Source: an uncultured candidatus Porisulfidus sp.
GTDB taxonomy: Bacteria; Pseudomonadota; Gammaproteobacteria; Poriferisulfidales; Poriferisulfidaceae
DNA: 64,000 nucleotides
Direction: 5' to 3'
Assembly (NCBI GenBank): GCA_965199755.1
Contig: CBDASZ010000001.1
Coordinates: forward strand, 32,001-96,000
A program made the position numbers and the translations under genes. Shown here one piece after another: positions 20,203 through 30,770 of this stretch. The number at the start of each line of letters is the position of its first letter. Within the stretch, counting starts at the first letter, position 1. The notes under the pieces were generated by a model. The model was given only the letters and a program-made list of their open reading frames with translations, was not told the DNA's origin and did no database searches.

Positions 20203-20973
20203 ATGCCTCGGCCCACTGTTATCGCTGGCAACTGGAAGATGCACGGCGATCGCGCTAGTGCGCGCGCGCTTGCGCAGACGGTGGTCGCGGGCGCGGGTGA
20301 GGCACCGGATTGCGAGATCCTGCTGTGCCCGCCATACGTACACCTTTTGGACGTGCTGGAAGCAACAAAGAACAGCCCCGTCGGTGTCGGCGCGCAGAAT
20401 GTATGCGATCAGACCCAAGGGGCGTATACCGGGGAAATTTCAGTTGGCATGCTGACCGAATGCGGCTGTGACGCGGTAATCATCGGCCATTCGGAACGCC
20501 GCCATGTCTATGGCGAATCGGATGAACTCATTGGCCGGAAATTCGCCCTGCTGCACCAATCTGCTCAGGAGAACCCCGACACGCCCCGCGCGATTCTGTG
20601 TGTTGGTGAGACTTTGGAAGAACGAGAAGCCGGACAGACTTTGGATGTTATCCGGGCCCAGTTGCAGCCTGCGTTGGATTGTCCTGAGGCCTTTCCTCGG
20701 GCGTGGATTGCTTACGAGCCGGTCTGGGCCATCGGCACCGGCGTGGCCGCGACTCCTGATATGGCGCAGGAAGTCCACGCGGCCATCCGTCAGGAAATGA
20801 CGGATGCGTTCGGTTCGATTGCCGATGAAGTCATCGTGCTGTACGGCGGCAGCGTCAAGCCCGACAATGCGGGCGAGTTGTTTCCCATGCCTGACATCGA
20901 CGGCGGTTTGATCGGCGGTGCCTCACTGGATGCCGACTCATTCCTTTCAATTTGTGAAAACGTGCGAAAATAG
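20203..20973 (+). CDS. tpiA: Triosephosphate isomerase
   Basis: AGNWKM, IGHSERR, AYEPVWAIGTG, YGGSVKP, GGASL. Confidence 0.99.
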   Translation: MPRPTVIAGNWKMHGDRASARALAQTVVAGAGEAPDCEILLCPPYVHLLDVLEATKNSPVGVGAQNVCDQTQGAYTGEISVGMLTECGCDAVIIGHSERRHVYGESDELIGRKFALLHQSAQENPDTPRAILCVGETLEEREAGQTLDVIRAQLQPALDCPEAFPRAWIAYEPVWAIGTGVAATPDMAQEVHAAIRQEMTDAFGSIADEVIVLYGGSVKPDNAGELFPMPDIDGGLIGGASLDADSFLSICENVRK

Positions 20974-20979
20974 CCGCCC

Positions 20980-21342
20980 ATGCTGTATACCACCCTGATC
21001 ATTACGGCGGTTATTCTGTCCATCGCCATTATTGGCCTGGTACTGATCCAGCACGGCCGCGGTGCCGACACCGGCGCGGCTTTTGGCGGCGGCGCGTCCG
21101 GCTCTGTGTTTGGCTCGCGCGGCAACGCGACCTTTCTGAGTCGAGTGACGGCCGTGGCGGTCGCCTTGTTCTTCGCGAATTGTCTGGCGCTTGCCTGGGT
21201 GGTCAAAAACACGCCGACCGAAGACAGCCTGATGCGACAAAACGCTGCTGAAGTCGCACCGCAGAGTGTGGACCCGCTTCCTGTGCCGGATGAGGCACCC
21301 GTAGCGCCAGAACCTGATCCGCTCGCGGACATTCCTGAGTAA
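20980..21342 (+). CDS. secG: Preprotein translocase subunit SecG
   Basis: VLIQHGRGADTGAAFGGGASGSVFG..FLSR.T. Confidence 0.97.
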   Translation: MLYTTLIITAVILSIAIIGLVLIQHGRGADTGAAFGGGASGSVFGSRGNATFLSRVTAVAVALFFANCLALAWVVKNTPTEDSLMRQNAAEVAPQSVDPLPVPDEAPVAPEPDPLADIPE

Positions 21343-21382
21343 CAAAGCGGCCTTTGCGATAATACTAAAAAAGCAACACGCT

Positions 21383-21468
21383 GCCGATGTGGTGGAATCT
21401 GGTAGACACGCTGTCTTGAGGGGGCAGTGGCGCAAGCCGTGCCGGTTCGAGTCCGGCCATCGGCACCA
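21383..21468 (+). tRNA. tRNA-Leu (anticodon GAG)
   Basis: GCCGATG/CATCGGC acceptor stem, CTGTC-TTGAGGG-GGCAG anticodon arm, long variable arm, GGTTCGAGTCC T-loop, CCA end; canonical position after secG. Confidence 0.97.
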
Positions 21469-21497
21469 TCCCACACCGATCCGACTTGGGCGCGGAT

Positions 21498-24400
21498 ATG
21501 GCTGAAGCGAACAACTTTCTTGACCCGGGCAAGCATGCTCTGGTGTCCGCCTCTGCCGGAACCGGCAAGACTTGGACGCTCACTGCGCGCATTCTGCGTC
21601 TGCTTCTGGAAGGTGCATCGCCCGACTCCATACTGGCGATCACGTACACACGCGCCGCAGCTGCGGAGATTCGCCAGCGCCTCACGCAGCGCATGGACGA
21701 ATGGCTGCATCTGGATGACGCACAGCTGGATCAGAAACTGCAGGAACTGAAAATCCCGAACCCGGACGCCGCCATGCGCGCCGAAGCGCGGCAACTGTTC
21801 GAGCGCGTGCAATTCTCCGAACACGGCCTCTACATCTCCACCTTCCATTCCTTCTTCCATGACCTGCTGGCACGGTTTCCGCTGGAAGGCGAAGTGCCAA
21901 AGGATTTCCAGATTCCCACCAAGGAACAATCGTCCAAAATCCTGAAACAGGCCATTGATCAGACCCTTCAGGACGCCGAACGGGAACCTGACGGAACAGT
22001 CGCGAAGGCCCTTGATCAAGCCATCGCGCGGTTCGGCTGGAACACCGTGCTGGAGGGATTTTTCCCTGGGATCAAGGAGAAAATACTGGAATGGACGGCA
22101 TTTGACCGGGATCGCTCCATCGATGATCATCGCCGCCATCTGTATGAGGAGGTGTTCGAGATCGAAGACGGCCCAGTTGAGGAAACTTCCACGTATGTAA
22201 TCACCGCGGACATGGATGATAAAAATCTGCGGCAGTTGGCTGATTTAATGGAGCGGCTCGGTGGGAAAATCCGCACCGAAAAAGCGGAGAGAATTCGTGA
22301 CGCGCTGGTCAATGACAGCCATAACATGGAGCGATTCGCACACGCGATTTGCATGGCATTACATTCACAGCAGGGAAGCGGTGATATCAACAAAAGGCTA
22401 CACGCCCCTAAAAGCGCGAACCTGCCCAGCGCAGAAGTCGCAGAATATGAAAAACTCCTCATATATTACGCAACAGCCTCAAAAGAACTGCACAACGAAT
22501 ATCGTCGGCGCAAGAACTGCGAGTTCAATCTGGCCTGCTATACCCTGATTCGGCAATTTGCCAAGCACTACCGCCAGATCAAACGCAGTCAAGGCGTGCT
22601 TGAATATGATGACCTGCAGGAATCCGCACATCATATGCTGACGGAGGGAGCCAACACGCGCGGCACCCTCGAGTGGGTCCAGATCAAGCTCGGCCAGAGT
22701 TTCCGGCATATCCTGATTGATGAGTTTCAGGACACCGACCTGATGTCCTGGCATACGGTGCACGCCTTATTTGAGGCTCTACGGGAAGGGAATGAAGACG
22801 ACACTGAATTTATTGTCGGCGATGTCAAGCAGTCGATTTATCAATGGCGGCGCGCCAAGCCAGCCGTTTTGCAAAAAGCGCGGGAGTACTTTGAAGACGA
22901 CCACGCCGCGATCGGTTCTCTGGATCTGTCGTACCGCTCGGCACCAGCAATTCTGGAATTTGTCAATGCCTGGAATGCGAGACTTGAGCAGACCGAAGAC
23001 ATGGCAGGCTTGCCCGGTTTTCAGGAACACACCACCCACTGGAAGGATCTTTATGGCCGCGTCGAATTGCTTCCGCTGATTGAGAAACCAGAGAAAGAAG
23101 CCGCAGCTGAACAGGCACCAATGCGCAACCCTCTGAAGCAGCCCCGGGAAGCCGAGAGTGAGGTCAAACACCCCGATTTGATCGCGCAGGCGATCGCCCG
23201 ACATCTGCACGACACGATCATCGGCAATGCCGTCATTCAGGATCGCGGCTCGGATGGTCAGGAAGTGCATCGTCATGCCCGTTACAGCGACGTCATGATT
23301 CTGGTGCGTCGGCGCACCTCCGTGCGCAATCTGGAACGCGCTTTGTCTGAGTTGAATATTCCCTTCGCCCGCCAGTCGCGCCAGACCTTGTTACAGGCTC
23401 TGGAGATCAGCGATCTGCTCGCAGTACTGAAGTTCCTGCTGAATCCCGCGGACAATCTGAGTCTCGCGCATGTGCTGCGCTCTCCTCTGTATGGTGCCAG
23501 CAACGAGGATTTGATCAGGCTGGCGCTTGATTATTCAGACATTACTGACTGGAGCAAACGCCTGTCGCACTACGCCGACGCGCATTCAGATGATGGCGAT
23601 GATCCGTTGTGCCGGGCGGAGCGTCAGTTGCGCGCATGGCGGCATTGGGCAGATCGTATCCCCACGCATGACTTACTGGATCAGATCTACCATGAAGGCG
23701 AAGTGCTGGAGCGTTATCGCAGCATCTGGGAAGGCGATCGGGGCCAGCAGGCGGCGCACAATTTGATCCGCTTCATGGAACTCGCGCTGGAACTCAACAG
23801 CGGGCGCTATCCCAGTCTGACCTTCTTCGTGCACTATGTCGAAGGTATGCGGGTAGGAACCATCGAAGGCGCTGACGCCCCGGACATGATCGCCGTCGGC
23901 AGCCCGGAGCAGGAAGATCGGGTCCGCATCCAAACCGTGCATGCTGCCAAGGGTCTGGAGTCGCCGATCGTTATTTATGCCGAAATGTCGAACCGCACGC
24001 GCGGGGATCGCGCAAGCGATATTCTGATGGAGTGGCCGATTGAGGAAGCGCGCCCCACCCGCTTTCTGATTAATCCGGGGAACAGAGATGACGACACGGT
24101 CAGTGAGGCCCATCGCGAACAGAAAAAAGAACAGGGGGCGCAAGAGCAGCGCAATGTGGACTACGTCGCCTTCACGCGCGCCCGGCAGTATCTGGTGCTG
24201 TACTTCCCGGATGGCGACTATCGCGAACTGCTGCAAGAAAGCATTGGCGACTGCGGCGGGCAAGAGTTAGCCGATCCAGACCAGAGCGATGTAGGACCGA
24301 TCTGGCGCTATGAATCCCAGATACAGCAGGAGGCGCAAACCTTGCCGACACCGGATGTGCCCGCGCTGGAGCAAGCCGACCAGTTGCTGTTGCAGCGCCC

Positions 24401-24947
24401 GCCCCGCACGAAGGAATCAGCCTCTTCGGGCAGCGCGGGCGAGACGGCGAAACGCCACACCCCGCAAGTTCGCGGCACCACCATTCACCGCTTGCTGGAA
24501 GTGTTGAGCGCGGGTGAGCCGACAGCAGCGGAGCTTGCCAGAATCGCCCGGAAATGCCACCGAACCCCTGAGGATGCGGAGTTTCTTGAGTGGCTTGATG
24601 AAGCCCGGATGGTGCGAGAAGACCCTGAATTGGCCGAGGTCTTTCAGCCCGAACCCGAAACGCGCGTCCACGTTGAAGTGCCGGTGCTGCTCGACAACGC
24701 CAGTGGTGGCGAGAGCTACGGGCGCATTGACCGGTTGCTGGTGTCAGACACGGAGGCGTGGATTATTGACTTCAAGTCGAACCGCCCGGCCAATGAGGAT
24801 GAACTGGCGCAGATAGCCGCAGACTATCAGGATCAGATGCAACGTTACGCGCGCTGCATTCGCCACATCTACCCGAAGCACGATATTCGCTGCTCGCTAC
24901 TGTTTACGGCGAGCCGCACCCTGCATGCTCTGGCCGTCGCCGTCTAG
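21498..24947 (+). CDS. addA: AddA/RecB-like UvrD helicase-nuclease
   Basis: ASAGTGKT, ITYTRAAAAE, ILIDEFQDT, VGDVKQSIYQWR, TVHAAKGLES, YVAFTRAR; C-terminal PD-(D/E)xK nuclease GRIDRL..IIDFKS. Confidence 0.9.
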   Translation: MAEANNFLDPGKHALVSASAGTGKTWTLTARILRLLLEGASPDSILAITYTRAAAAEIRQRLTQRMDEWLHLDDAQLDQKLQELKIPNPDAAMRAEARQLFERVQFSEHGLYISTFHSFFHDLLARFPLEGEVPKDFQIPTKEQSSKILKQAIDQTLQDAEREPDGTVAKALDQAIARFGWNTVLEGFFPGIKEKILEWTAFDRDRSIDDHRRHLYEEVFEIEDGPVEETSTYVITADMDDKNLRQLADLMERLGGKIRTEKAERIRDALVNDSHNMERFAHAICMALHSQQGSGDINKRLHAPKSANLPSAEVAEYEKLLIYYATASKELHNEYRRRKNCEFNLACYTLIRQFAKHYRQIKRSQGVLEYDDLQESAHHMLTEGANTRGTLEWVQIKLGQSFRHILIDEFQDTDLMSWHTVHALFEALREGNEDDTEFIVGDVKQSIYQWRRAKPAVLQKAREYFEDDHAAIGSLDLSYRSAPAILEFVNAWNARLEQTEDMAGLPGFQEHTTHWKDLYGRVELLPLIEKPEKEAAAEQAPMRNPLKQPREAESEVKHPDLIAQAIARHLHDTIIGNAVIQDRGSDGQEVHRHARYSDVMILVRRRTSVRNLERALSELNIPFARQSRQTLLQALEISDLLAVLKFLLNPADNLSLAHVLRSPLYGASNEDLIRLALDYSDITDWSKRLSHYADAHSDDGDDPLCRAERQLRAWRHWADRIPTHDLLDQIYHEGEVLERYRSIWEGDRGQQAAHNLIRFMELALELNSGRYPSLTFFVHYVEGMRVGTIEGADAPDMIAVGSPEQEDRVRIQTVHAAKGLESPIVIYAEMSNRTRGDRASDILMEWPIEEARPTRFLINPGNRDDDTVSEAHREQKKEQGAQEQRNVDYVAFTRARQYLVLYFPDGDYRELLQESIGDCGGQELADPDQSDVGPIWRYESQIQQEAQTLPTPDVPALEQADQLLLQRPPRTKESASSGSAGETAKRHTPQVRGTTIHRLLEVLSAGEPTAAELARIARKCHRTPEDAEFLEWLDEARMVREDPELAEVFQPEPETRVHVEVPVLLDNASGGESYGRIDRLLVSDTEAWIIDFKSNRPANEDELAQIAADYQDQMQRYARCIRHIYPKHDIRCSLLFTASRTLHALAVAV

Positions 24948-25699
24948 CCTCCGCTGGCTTCGAGTTCCGCCAGCAATTCATCCGGCGGGCGATAGCCGCG
25001 CACCAGCGTGCCGTCCGGCAGGAAAATCGACGGCGTCGAGCCGATTCCGATACGTTCCACCAGATCCATGTGCTCCAGCACCGGGTTGGCGCACTGCCGC
25101 TCTTCAATAGGCTGCAATCTCTTGGCGGCCGTCAAAGCCGCGCGCGAATCGTCGGCGCACCAGACGCTCACCGAAGTGCGATAACTGTCACTGTCTGCGC
25201 CCGCACGCGGATAAAACAGATAGCGCACTTCCACGCCGCGCCGCCCAAGTGCGTCGATATGTTCGTGAAACTCGCGGCAATACGGACACTCAATGTCCGT
25301 GATCACCGTCACATAATACTTGCGCTCCTGCGCCGGAAACACCACCATTTTGTCGGTGCCGTAGTCTTCCAGCATCTGCGCGCGCGACGCGTTGCGCACC
25401 TCATCCGTCAGATTGCGCATCTGGTTCAGATCGTAGAGTTCGGTATGGCGCATCAGGTAGCGCCCATCGTCAGTGATGTATAGCACCTCACCACCGTAAA
25501 CCGCCTCAAACAAGCCCGGCACCGGTGCCGCGCGCACGGCATCCGGCACATAATCGGGGAACAGCTTTACGAGACGCTCGCGAATCTGATCGGCGGACAC
25601 GGATTCGCCCGCTATGCTGGAACCTGCGAGCAACGCGCTCAGCAATCCCGCGCTAACCGCGCGGATGATGGGTCTGGTGTAGTGTCTTGAGTTCATCAT
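24944..25699 (-). CDS. dsbC: Thiol:disulfide isomerase DsbC
   Basis: Signal peptide, TDIECPYC, GIGSTP, GYRPP; xerD-dsbC synteny. Confidence 0.93.
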   Translation of the reverse strand: MMNSRHYTRPIIRAVSAGLLSALLAGSSIAGESVSADQIRERLVKLFPDYVPDAVRAAPVPGLFEAVYGGEVLYITDDGRYLMRHTELYDLNQMRNLTDEVRNASRAQMLEDYGTDKMVVFPAQERKYYVTVITDIECPYCREFHEHIDALGRRGVEVRYLFYPRAGADSDSYRTSVSVWCADDSRAALTAAKRLQPIEERQCANPVLEHMDLVERIGIGSTPSIFLPDGTLVRGYRPPDELLAELEASGG

Positions 25700-26546
25700 G
25701 TGCCAGGTGGGTATAAATCTGCGTGGTGCCTAAATCGCTGTGGCCGAGCAGCATCTGGACGACCCGAAGGTCCGCGCCATGGTTCAGCAAATGGGTGGCG
25801 AATGCGTGACGCAGGGTGTGTGGAGAAAAGGGTTGGGCGATATCGGCCGTACGCGCCAATTTTCGCAGATTTTGCCAGAAAGCTTGTCTGGACATCGCCC
25901 GCCCACGCCGCGTCACGAACAGATCCTCGCTGGAAGCGCGACCTTTCATCAGGATTGGGCGGCTATCGCGCAAATATTGTTCCAGCCAATCGGTCGCGCA
26001 TTCGCCGAACGGCACCAGACGCTCCTTGGCACCCTTGCCGGTCAAGCGCAATACAGCCGCCTTGAGATCCACCTGCCCGCGTTGCAACGACACTAGTTCG
26101 CTGACGCGCAAGCCGCAGGCATACATCAATTCCAGCATGGCGCGATCGCGCAGGCCGTAAGCGGTCTCGCAATTCGGAGCAGCCAGCAGACGCTCGACTT
26201 CCTTCTCGCTGAGCACCGAGGGCAGATGCCGCGGCAGCTTGGGCGAGAACACCCGCTCGCAAGGATCGTCTGTGCGCAAGCCGCGACGTTTGGCGTAGCG
26301 ATAAAAGGTGCGGATAGCCGACAGGGCGCGCGCCACACTCGACGCGCTCAGATCCTCGCGCAGCCGCACAGCCAGATACGACTGCAAGGTGCTGGAGTCC
26401 GCTGTCAGCAACGCGTTGTTCGCATCCTCAAGCCAGCGCGCATAGGCTTCGAGGTCGGTGCGGTAGGACTGCAACGTGGCGTGCGCCAGTCCTCGTTCCG
26501 CCCAACTGCTGTCGAGAAACGCGTCAATGGTGCTGCCATCAGACAT
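25653..26546 (-). CDS. xerD: Site-specific tyrosine recombinase XerD
   Basis: RDRAMLELMYACGLRVSEL, GKG.KER, SPHTLRHAFATHLLNHGADLRVVQMLLGH..TTQIYTH. Confidence 0.96.
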   Translation of the reverse strand: MSDGSTIDAFLDSSWAERGLAHATLQSYRTDLEAYARWLEDANNALLTADSSTLQSYLAVRLREDLSASSVARALSAIRTFYRYAKRRGLRTDDPCERVFSPKLPRHLPSVLSEKEVERLLAAPNCETAYGLRDRAMLELMYACGLRVSELVSLQRGQVDLKAAVLRLTGKGAKERLVPFGECATDWLEQYLRDSRPILMKGRASSEDLFVTRRGRAMSRQAFWQNLRKLARTADIAQPFSPHTLRHAFATHLLNHGADLRVVQMLLGHSDLGTTQIYTHLAHDELKTLHQTHHPRG

Positions 26547-26596
26547 GGCAGCAGTATACTTCACCCTCAAAGCCGCAAACACATCCAACGAACACC

Positions 26597-27010
26597 ATGA
26601 ACCCGGTCAGCCTATGGCAGCGATTTGCCTGCCTGTTCTACGACAGCATCGTACTGGTGGCGATCTGGTGGGGCGCGAGCCTGCCGTTCGGCATGGTGGA
26701 CTTGACCGTGCCAGGCTCAGCGGAACGCATCACCTATTACGTCTATCTGACCACCATCGGCGTACTGTATTTCGTGTTGTGCTGGTGTCGCCGTGGCGCG
26801 ACACTCGGCATGCGTGCCTGGAGAATCCACATCACCACCCGTGACGGAAACCCGGTGCGCTGGGAGGCGGCGCTGATCCGCGCACTGGGCGGGATCGTGT
26901 CAGCGGCCTGTTTCGGCTTGGGATTCTTCTGGTGCCTGTTCAGCGCCCGGCGACAATGCTGGCATGACGCATGGAGCGCCACCGAGCTGTCACGCGCCGC
27001 AGCGGATTGA
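26597..27010 (+). CDS. RDD family membrane protein
   Basis: R..C..YD, TLGMRAWRI, WHD..S.T. Confidence 0.9.
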   Translation: MNPVSLWQRFACLFYDSIVLVAIWWGASLPFGMVDLTVPGSAERITYYVYLTTIGVLYFVLCWCRRGATLGMRAWRIHITTRDGNPVRWEAALIRALGGIVSAACFGLGFFWCLFSARRQCWHDAWSATELSRAAAD

Positions 27011-28124
27011 ACTGCCGCAACACCAGTATGCCCGCCGCCAACAGCAACAACAGCACCAGCGGCAGAAATGCCGCCACCCATGCCGGGTATCCCAACACCA
27101 TGCCGAGATGCGCGAATATGCGGTTAAATACATAAATACCAATACCGCTGATGACCCCGACAAAAATGTGCTGACCCAAGCCGCCGCCACGCGATTGCGT
27201 CAACGCGAACGGCAACGTCAGCAACAACACCACGATACAGGACAAGGGTGTGGCGATACGCTGCCAACGCGCGAACCGATAAGCCCGCAAATCAAGCGGA
27301 GCGTCTGCGAAATACTGCAAATAGCGATGCAAACGCATCAGCGACATCTCATTCGCCGGCAGCAGCATGAGTTCCAGCACCTGCGGCGGCGGCAAAAACG
27401 CGGCGGCCTGTTGCGCGTGATGCTGCTGCTCAACGGTGCCATCTTCCTGCAGCACGCTTTCACGCACGTCCTGCATCTGCCAGCCCTCCTCGGAGAAATA
27501 CGCGGTGCGCGCGTACAAACTGCGGCGCAGTAGCTGGTCTTCGTCCAGCCGGTAGACCAGAATATCGTTGATTCGATCACCGCCGACGCCACGGCGAAGG
27601 TGGATGAAGTTCTGCTCCTCGCGCAGCCATAAACCACGGCTGTTGTGTGACTGCGACTGATGCGCGTGCTTGATGTCCCAGCCCGCTTCAACTCCAGGCG
27701 GTGCCACAATCTCACCAATGAAAATCGTCACCGCCGCCATCACCAGCCCCAGACCAAACAGCAGCGGGGCCAATCGTCGCGCGCCAAAATTGGTGCTGCG
27801 CAGTGCCGTCATCTCATTGTCCGCCACCAGTTGGCCAAGCCCCAGCAGGCTGCCTACAAACACGCACACCGGCAACACTTCGTAGGCGCGTTGCGGCGTG
27901 CCTAAAGCGATGACCTGCAACGCTTGCGCGAAACTGTAGCCTTCAGGATTCACATAGCGCACTTCGTCAATGAAATCGATCAGTGTCAGCAACACCACCA
28001 CGGTCAACAGCACCCCGCCGATCATCAACAGCAGGCGGGAACTCAGATACCACAGCAGAATATGCGAAGACGGCGTCCACCATGAGGCCATGCGCCGCAA
28101 GCGGTCTTGCAGGGCAGTCATCAT
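26940..28124 (-). CDS. lptG: LPS export permease LptG
   Basis: LGQL...NEMTALR, GLWLRE, second gene of the lptF-lptG pair; start approximate. Confidence 0.92.
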   Translation of the reverse strand: MMTALQDRLRRMASWWTPSSHILLWYLSSRLLLMIGGVLLTVVVLLTLIDFIDEVRYVNPEGYSFAQALQVIALGTPQRAYEVLPVCVFVGSLLGLGQLVADNEMTALRSTNFGARRLAPLLFGLGLVMAAVTIFIGEIVAPPGVEAGWDIKHAHQSQSHNSRGLWLREEQNFIHLRRGVGGDRINDILVYRLDEDQLLRRSLYARTAYFSEEGWQMQDVRESVLQEDGTVEQQHHAQQAAAFLPPPQVLELMLLPANEMSLMRLHRYLQYFADAPLDLRAYRFARWQRIATPLSCIVVLLLTLPFALTQSRGGGLGQHIFVGVISGIGIYVFNRIFAHLGMVLGYPAWVAAFLPLVLLLLLAAGILVLRQFNPLRRVTARWRSMRHASIVAGR

Positions 28125-29212
28125 GCGTCTCCGAAGCGATGCCAACGCAGTTGGTGTCGCCGGTGCCAGTAAAACAGTGCCGCGACCGCGCCAGCCATCA
28201 GCACATGCACCCACCAGACCCCGGCCCACACCGCCCAGTTGCCGCTGCGCACCTGTGAGGTCGCCATGAGCTGCAGCTGGGCATATCCGAGATAGATCAA
28301 GACGGCATAGACGACGCCGGCATATTTACCCTGACGCACGGACTGGCGCGCCAGCAACAAGGCCAGCACCAGCACCAGCAGCAAGGATATGGGAAGTGAC
28401 AAGCGCCATTGCAATTCGCCTGCCGCTGCCGACGAATCAGCATCCAGCAACTGCCCCAGCGTCATATACTTGGGACTGCTCCAGGCATGTTCCGGGACCG
28501 CCACGTCTATGCGCAGCCGATGCCGCTCATAAGACATGCTACTAAGGTCGGCGTCGCCCGGCCAGCCGCTGTAGCGGTGGCCGTGTTCAAAGTCCAGGAG
28601 ATACTGCTGCTGCGTCTCGTTCAAATGCCGACGCACCCGCTCCGCGGTCTCAATGTGTACCTGCTGCGTTTGCGGATCGTAGATGGCAAAAAACACGTCT
28701 TCCGCCACGTCCTCCGCCGCCCGCCCCGCGTACATGGCCCACTTGCCATCCTGCGTCTGCACAAAGCGCCCGCCGACGGCAAGACCAATGCCGGATTCCA
28801 GCCGTGCCTGGTGGTGCGAGATTTCGGCCTGTTGCGACAACTGCGGCGTCACGAACAACACCATGACCGCCAGCAATGCAGATAGCGGAATCCCCAGTAC
28901 GAACAGCACTTGTAGCAGACGCCGCTCGGAATAGCCACAGAAATGCAGCGAGGTAATCTCGTTGCCGCGATACAACTGTCCCAGCGCAAGGACCGCGGAC
29001 AACAACACCAGAAACGGCATCAGGTGTACAAAGTACGCAAACAGTTTGTTCAGCAGCAAACTCGATACCAGACCGCCGGAGAACTTGCCTTCCATCACGT
29101 AGCCCAACTGCTGCATCAGCAGTTTGCTTGCGATCAGCAGCAACAACACCACGGTCACGGCAAACGTGGTGCGCAGGATTTCACGAATCAGATAGCGATC
29201 AAGTAGCAGCAT
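28121..29212 (-). CDS. lptF: LPS export permease LptF
   Basis: LDRYLIREI, LGQLY..NEI, G.RY.G.PG, ELQWRLS.P, WWVH; divergent from pepA. Confidence 0.93.
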   Translation of the reverse strand: MLLLDRYLIREILRTTFAVTVVLLLLIASKLLMQQLGYVMEGKFSGGLVSSLLLNKLFAYFVHLMPFLVLLSAVLALGQLYRGNEITSLHFCGYSERRLLQVLFVLGIPLSALLAVMVLFVTPQLSQQAEISHHQARLESGIGLAVGGRFVQTQDGKWAMYAGRAAEDVAEDVFFAIYDPQTQQVHIETAERVRRHLNETQQQYLLDFEHGHRYSGWPGDADLSSMSYERHRLRIDVAVPEHAWSSPKYMTLGQLLDADSSAAAGELQWRLSLPISLLLVLVLALLLARQSVRQGKYAGVVYAVLIYLGYAQLQLMATSQVRSGNWAVWAGVWWVHVLMAGAVAALFYWHRRHQLRWHRFGDA

Positions 29213-29272
29213 TCGCGGCAGGTGATTTGTTAGAATTTCCCGTTTAATTATCCGACATTCAAAAACTGTCCC

Positions 29273-30766
29273 ATGAAATTTACGCTAACTCGCCAAAGCG
29301 GCGAGAAAATATCCTGCGATTGTCTGGTCGTCGGAGTCTACAAGGATGGAAAAATGACCGCCGACGCAAAGGCGGTTAATCGCGCCAGCGGCGGCGTGAT
29401 TGGGGACATCGTGAAGCGCGAAGCCACGGCTACCTCCGTCGGCAGTCTGAGTGCGCTGCACTCACCGCGCAAAGTGGCCGCCTCACGGGTGCTGGTGCTC
29501 GGTCTGGGTGATCCTGAAAAACTTGATGCGCGACGCGCCGTGCGCGCGCTGGAGCGCCTCGCGGGCGCACTGGCCTCCGGCAACACCGGCCGCGCCGCCA
29601 TTGCCACCGCGGGCATTGAAGTACAAGGACATAGCAACCGCTGGCTGCACCGGCAGCTGGCGATGAAACTGGAAGCCGCGACCTATCAGTACCGCGAAAC
29701 CAAACCTTCCGCCAAAACCCGCAAGACCCCGCTTCGCTCAGTGCGGGTGCTTGCCGGCTCCTCAAGCGCGGGGCTGCGCGACGCTCTGGAACAGGGCCGC
29801 GCCATCGCGGACGGACAAGCGCTGACACGCCGACTCGGCGATCTGCCGCCGAATCGCTGCACCCCGGAATATCTGGCGCGACAGGCGCGGGTGCTGGCGC
29901 GCGGCGACAAACGATTCAAGGTCACTGTGCTGGGTCCGGCGGAATTGAAGAAACGGCGCATGGGCGCATTGCTGGCGGTCTCTCAAGGCAGTGACATTCC
30001 GCCGCGCATGGTTGTGATTGAGTATCGCGGCGCGAGCGCAAACGCGCGTCCGCCTATCGCTCTGGTCGGTAAAGGCGTGACTTTCGACACTGGCGGTATC
30101 TCGATCAAGCCGAGCCACGCCATGGATGAGATGAAGTACGACATGAGCGGCGCGGGCAGCGTGCTGGGGACGTTATCGGCCTGCGCGCAATTGAATCTGC
30201 CGCAGCGACTGATCGGCGTCATCCCGACGGTGGAGAACATGCCCGGCGGGCACGCCACCCGACCCGGCGACGTGGTCACCAGCGCTTCCGGGCAGACCGT
30301 GGAAATTCTCAACACCGACGCCGAAGGCCGACTGATTCTGTGCGATGCCTTGCATCATGCACGCCGCTTCAAGCCACGGATTATTCTTGACATCGCCACC
30401 TTGACCGGTGCCTGCGTCGCGGCGCTGGGACACCATGCCTCCGGTGTCTTCAGCAAACACCCCGAACTGCAGCAGCAACTTGTCGAGGCCGGTGAGGAAG
30501 CCTGGGATCGGGTCTGGCCGCTACCGCTGTGGGACGATTATCAGTCGGAACTCGACAGCAATTTTGCCGACATCGCGAATATCGGCTCGCGCTACGCCGG
30601 TGCCACCACGGCCGCCTGCTTTTTGTCCCGGTTCACCGGAAACGTGCCGTGGGCGCATCTGGATATTGCCGGCACCGCCTGGAATACCGGCAAGAAGAAA
30701 GGCGCGACCGGACGACCGGTACCGTTGCTGGTGAGCTTCCTGATGCGCGACGCCGCGGGCACCTGA
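29273..30766 (+). CDS. pepA: Leucyl aminopeptidase
   Basis: VGKGVTFDTGGISIKP, MKYDM, NTDAEGRL, ATLTGA, HLDIAGT. Confidence 0.97.
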   Translation: MKFTLTRQSGEKISCDCLVVGVYKDGKMTADAKAVNRASGGVIGDIVKREATATSVGSLSALHSPRKVAASRVLVLGLGDPEKLDARRAVRALERLAGALASGNTGRAAIATAGIEVQGHSNRWLHRQLAMKLEAATYQYRETKPSAKTRKTPLRSVRVLAGSSSAGLRDALEQGRAIADGQALTRRLGDLPPNRCTPEYLARQARVLARGDKRFKVTVLGPAELKKRRMGALLAVSQGSDIPPRMVVIEYRGASANARPPIALVGKGVTFDTGGISIKPSHAMDEMKYDMSGAGSVLGTLSACAQLNLPQRLIGVIPTVENMPGGHATRPGDVVTSASGQTVEILNTDAEGRLILCDALHHARRFKPRIILDIATLTGACVAALGHHASGVFSKHPELQQQLVEAGEEAWDRVWPLPLWDDYQSELDSNFADIANIGSRYAGATTAACFLSRFTGNVPWAHLDIAGTAWNTGKKKGATGRPVPLLVSFLMRDAAGT

Positions 30767-30770
30767 GATC

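Noticed and set aside
21383-21500. tRNA-Leu as an island attachment site
   Set aside because: No adjacent integrase, and no duplicated tRNA 3' end noticed in the window.
20790-22139. 449-aa minus-strand ORF, and the 175-aa ORF at 20947..21474
   Set aside because: Antisense shadows of tpiA/secG/tRNA-Leu/addA; WCRWPDSNRH is the typical translation of a reverse-complemented tRNA.
25653-26546. Tyrosine recombinase as a possible phage or island integrase
   Set aside because: Sequence and xerD-dsbC synteny identify it as housekeeping XerD.
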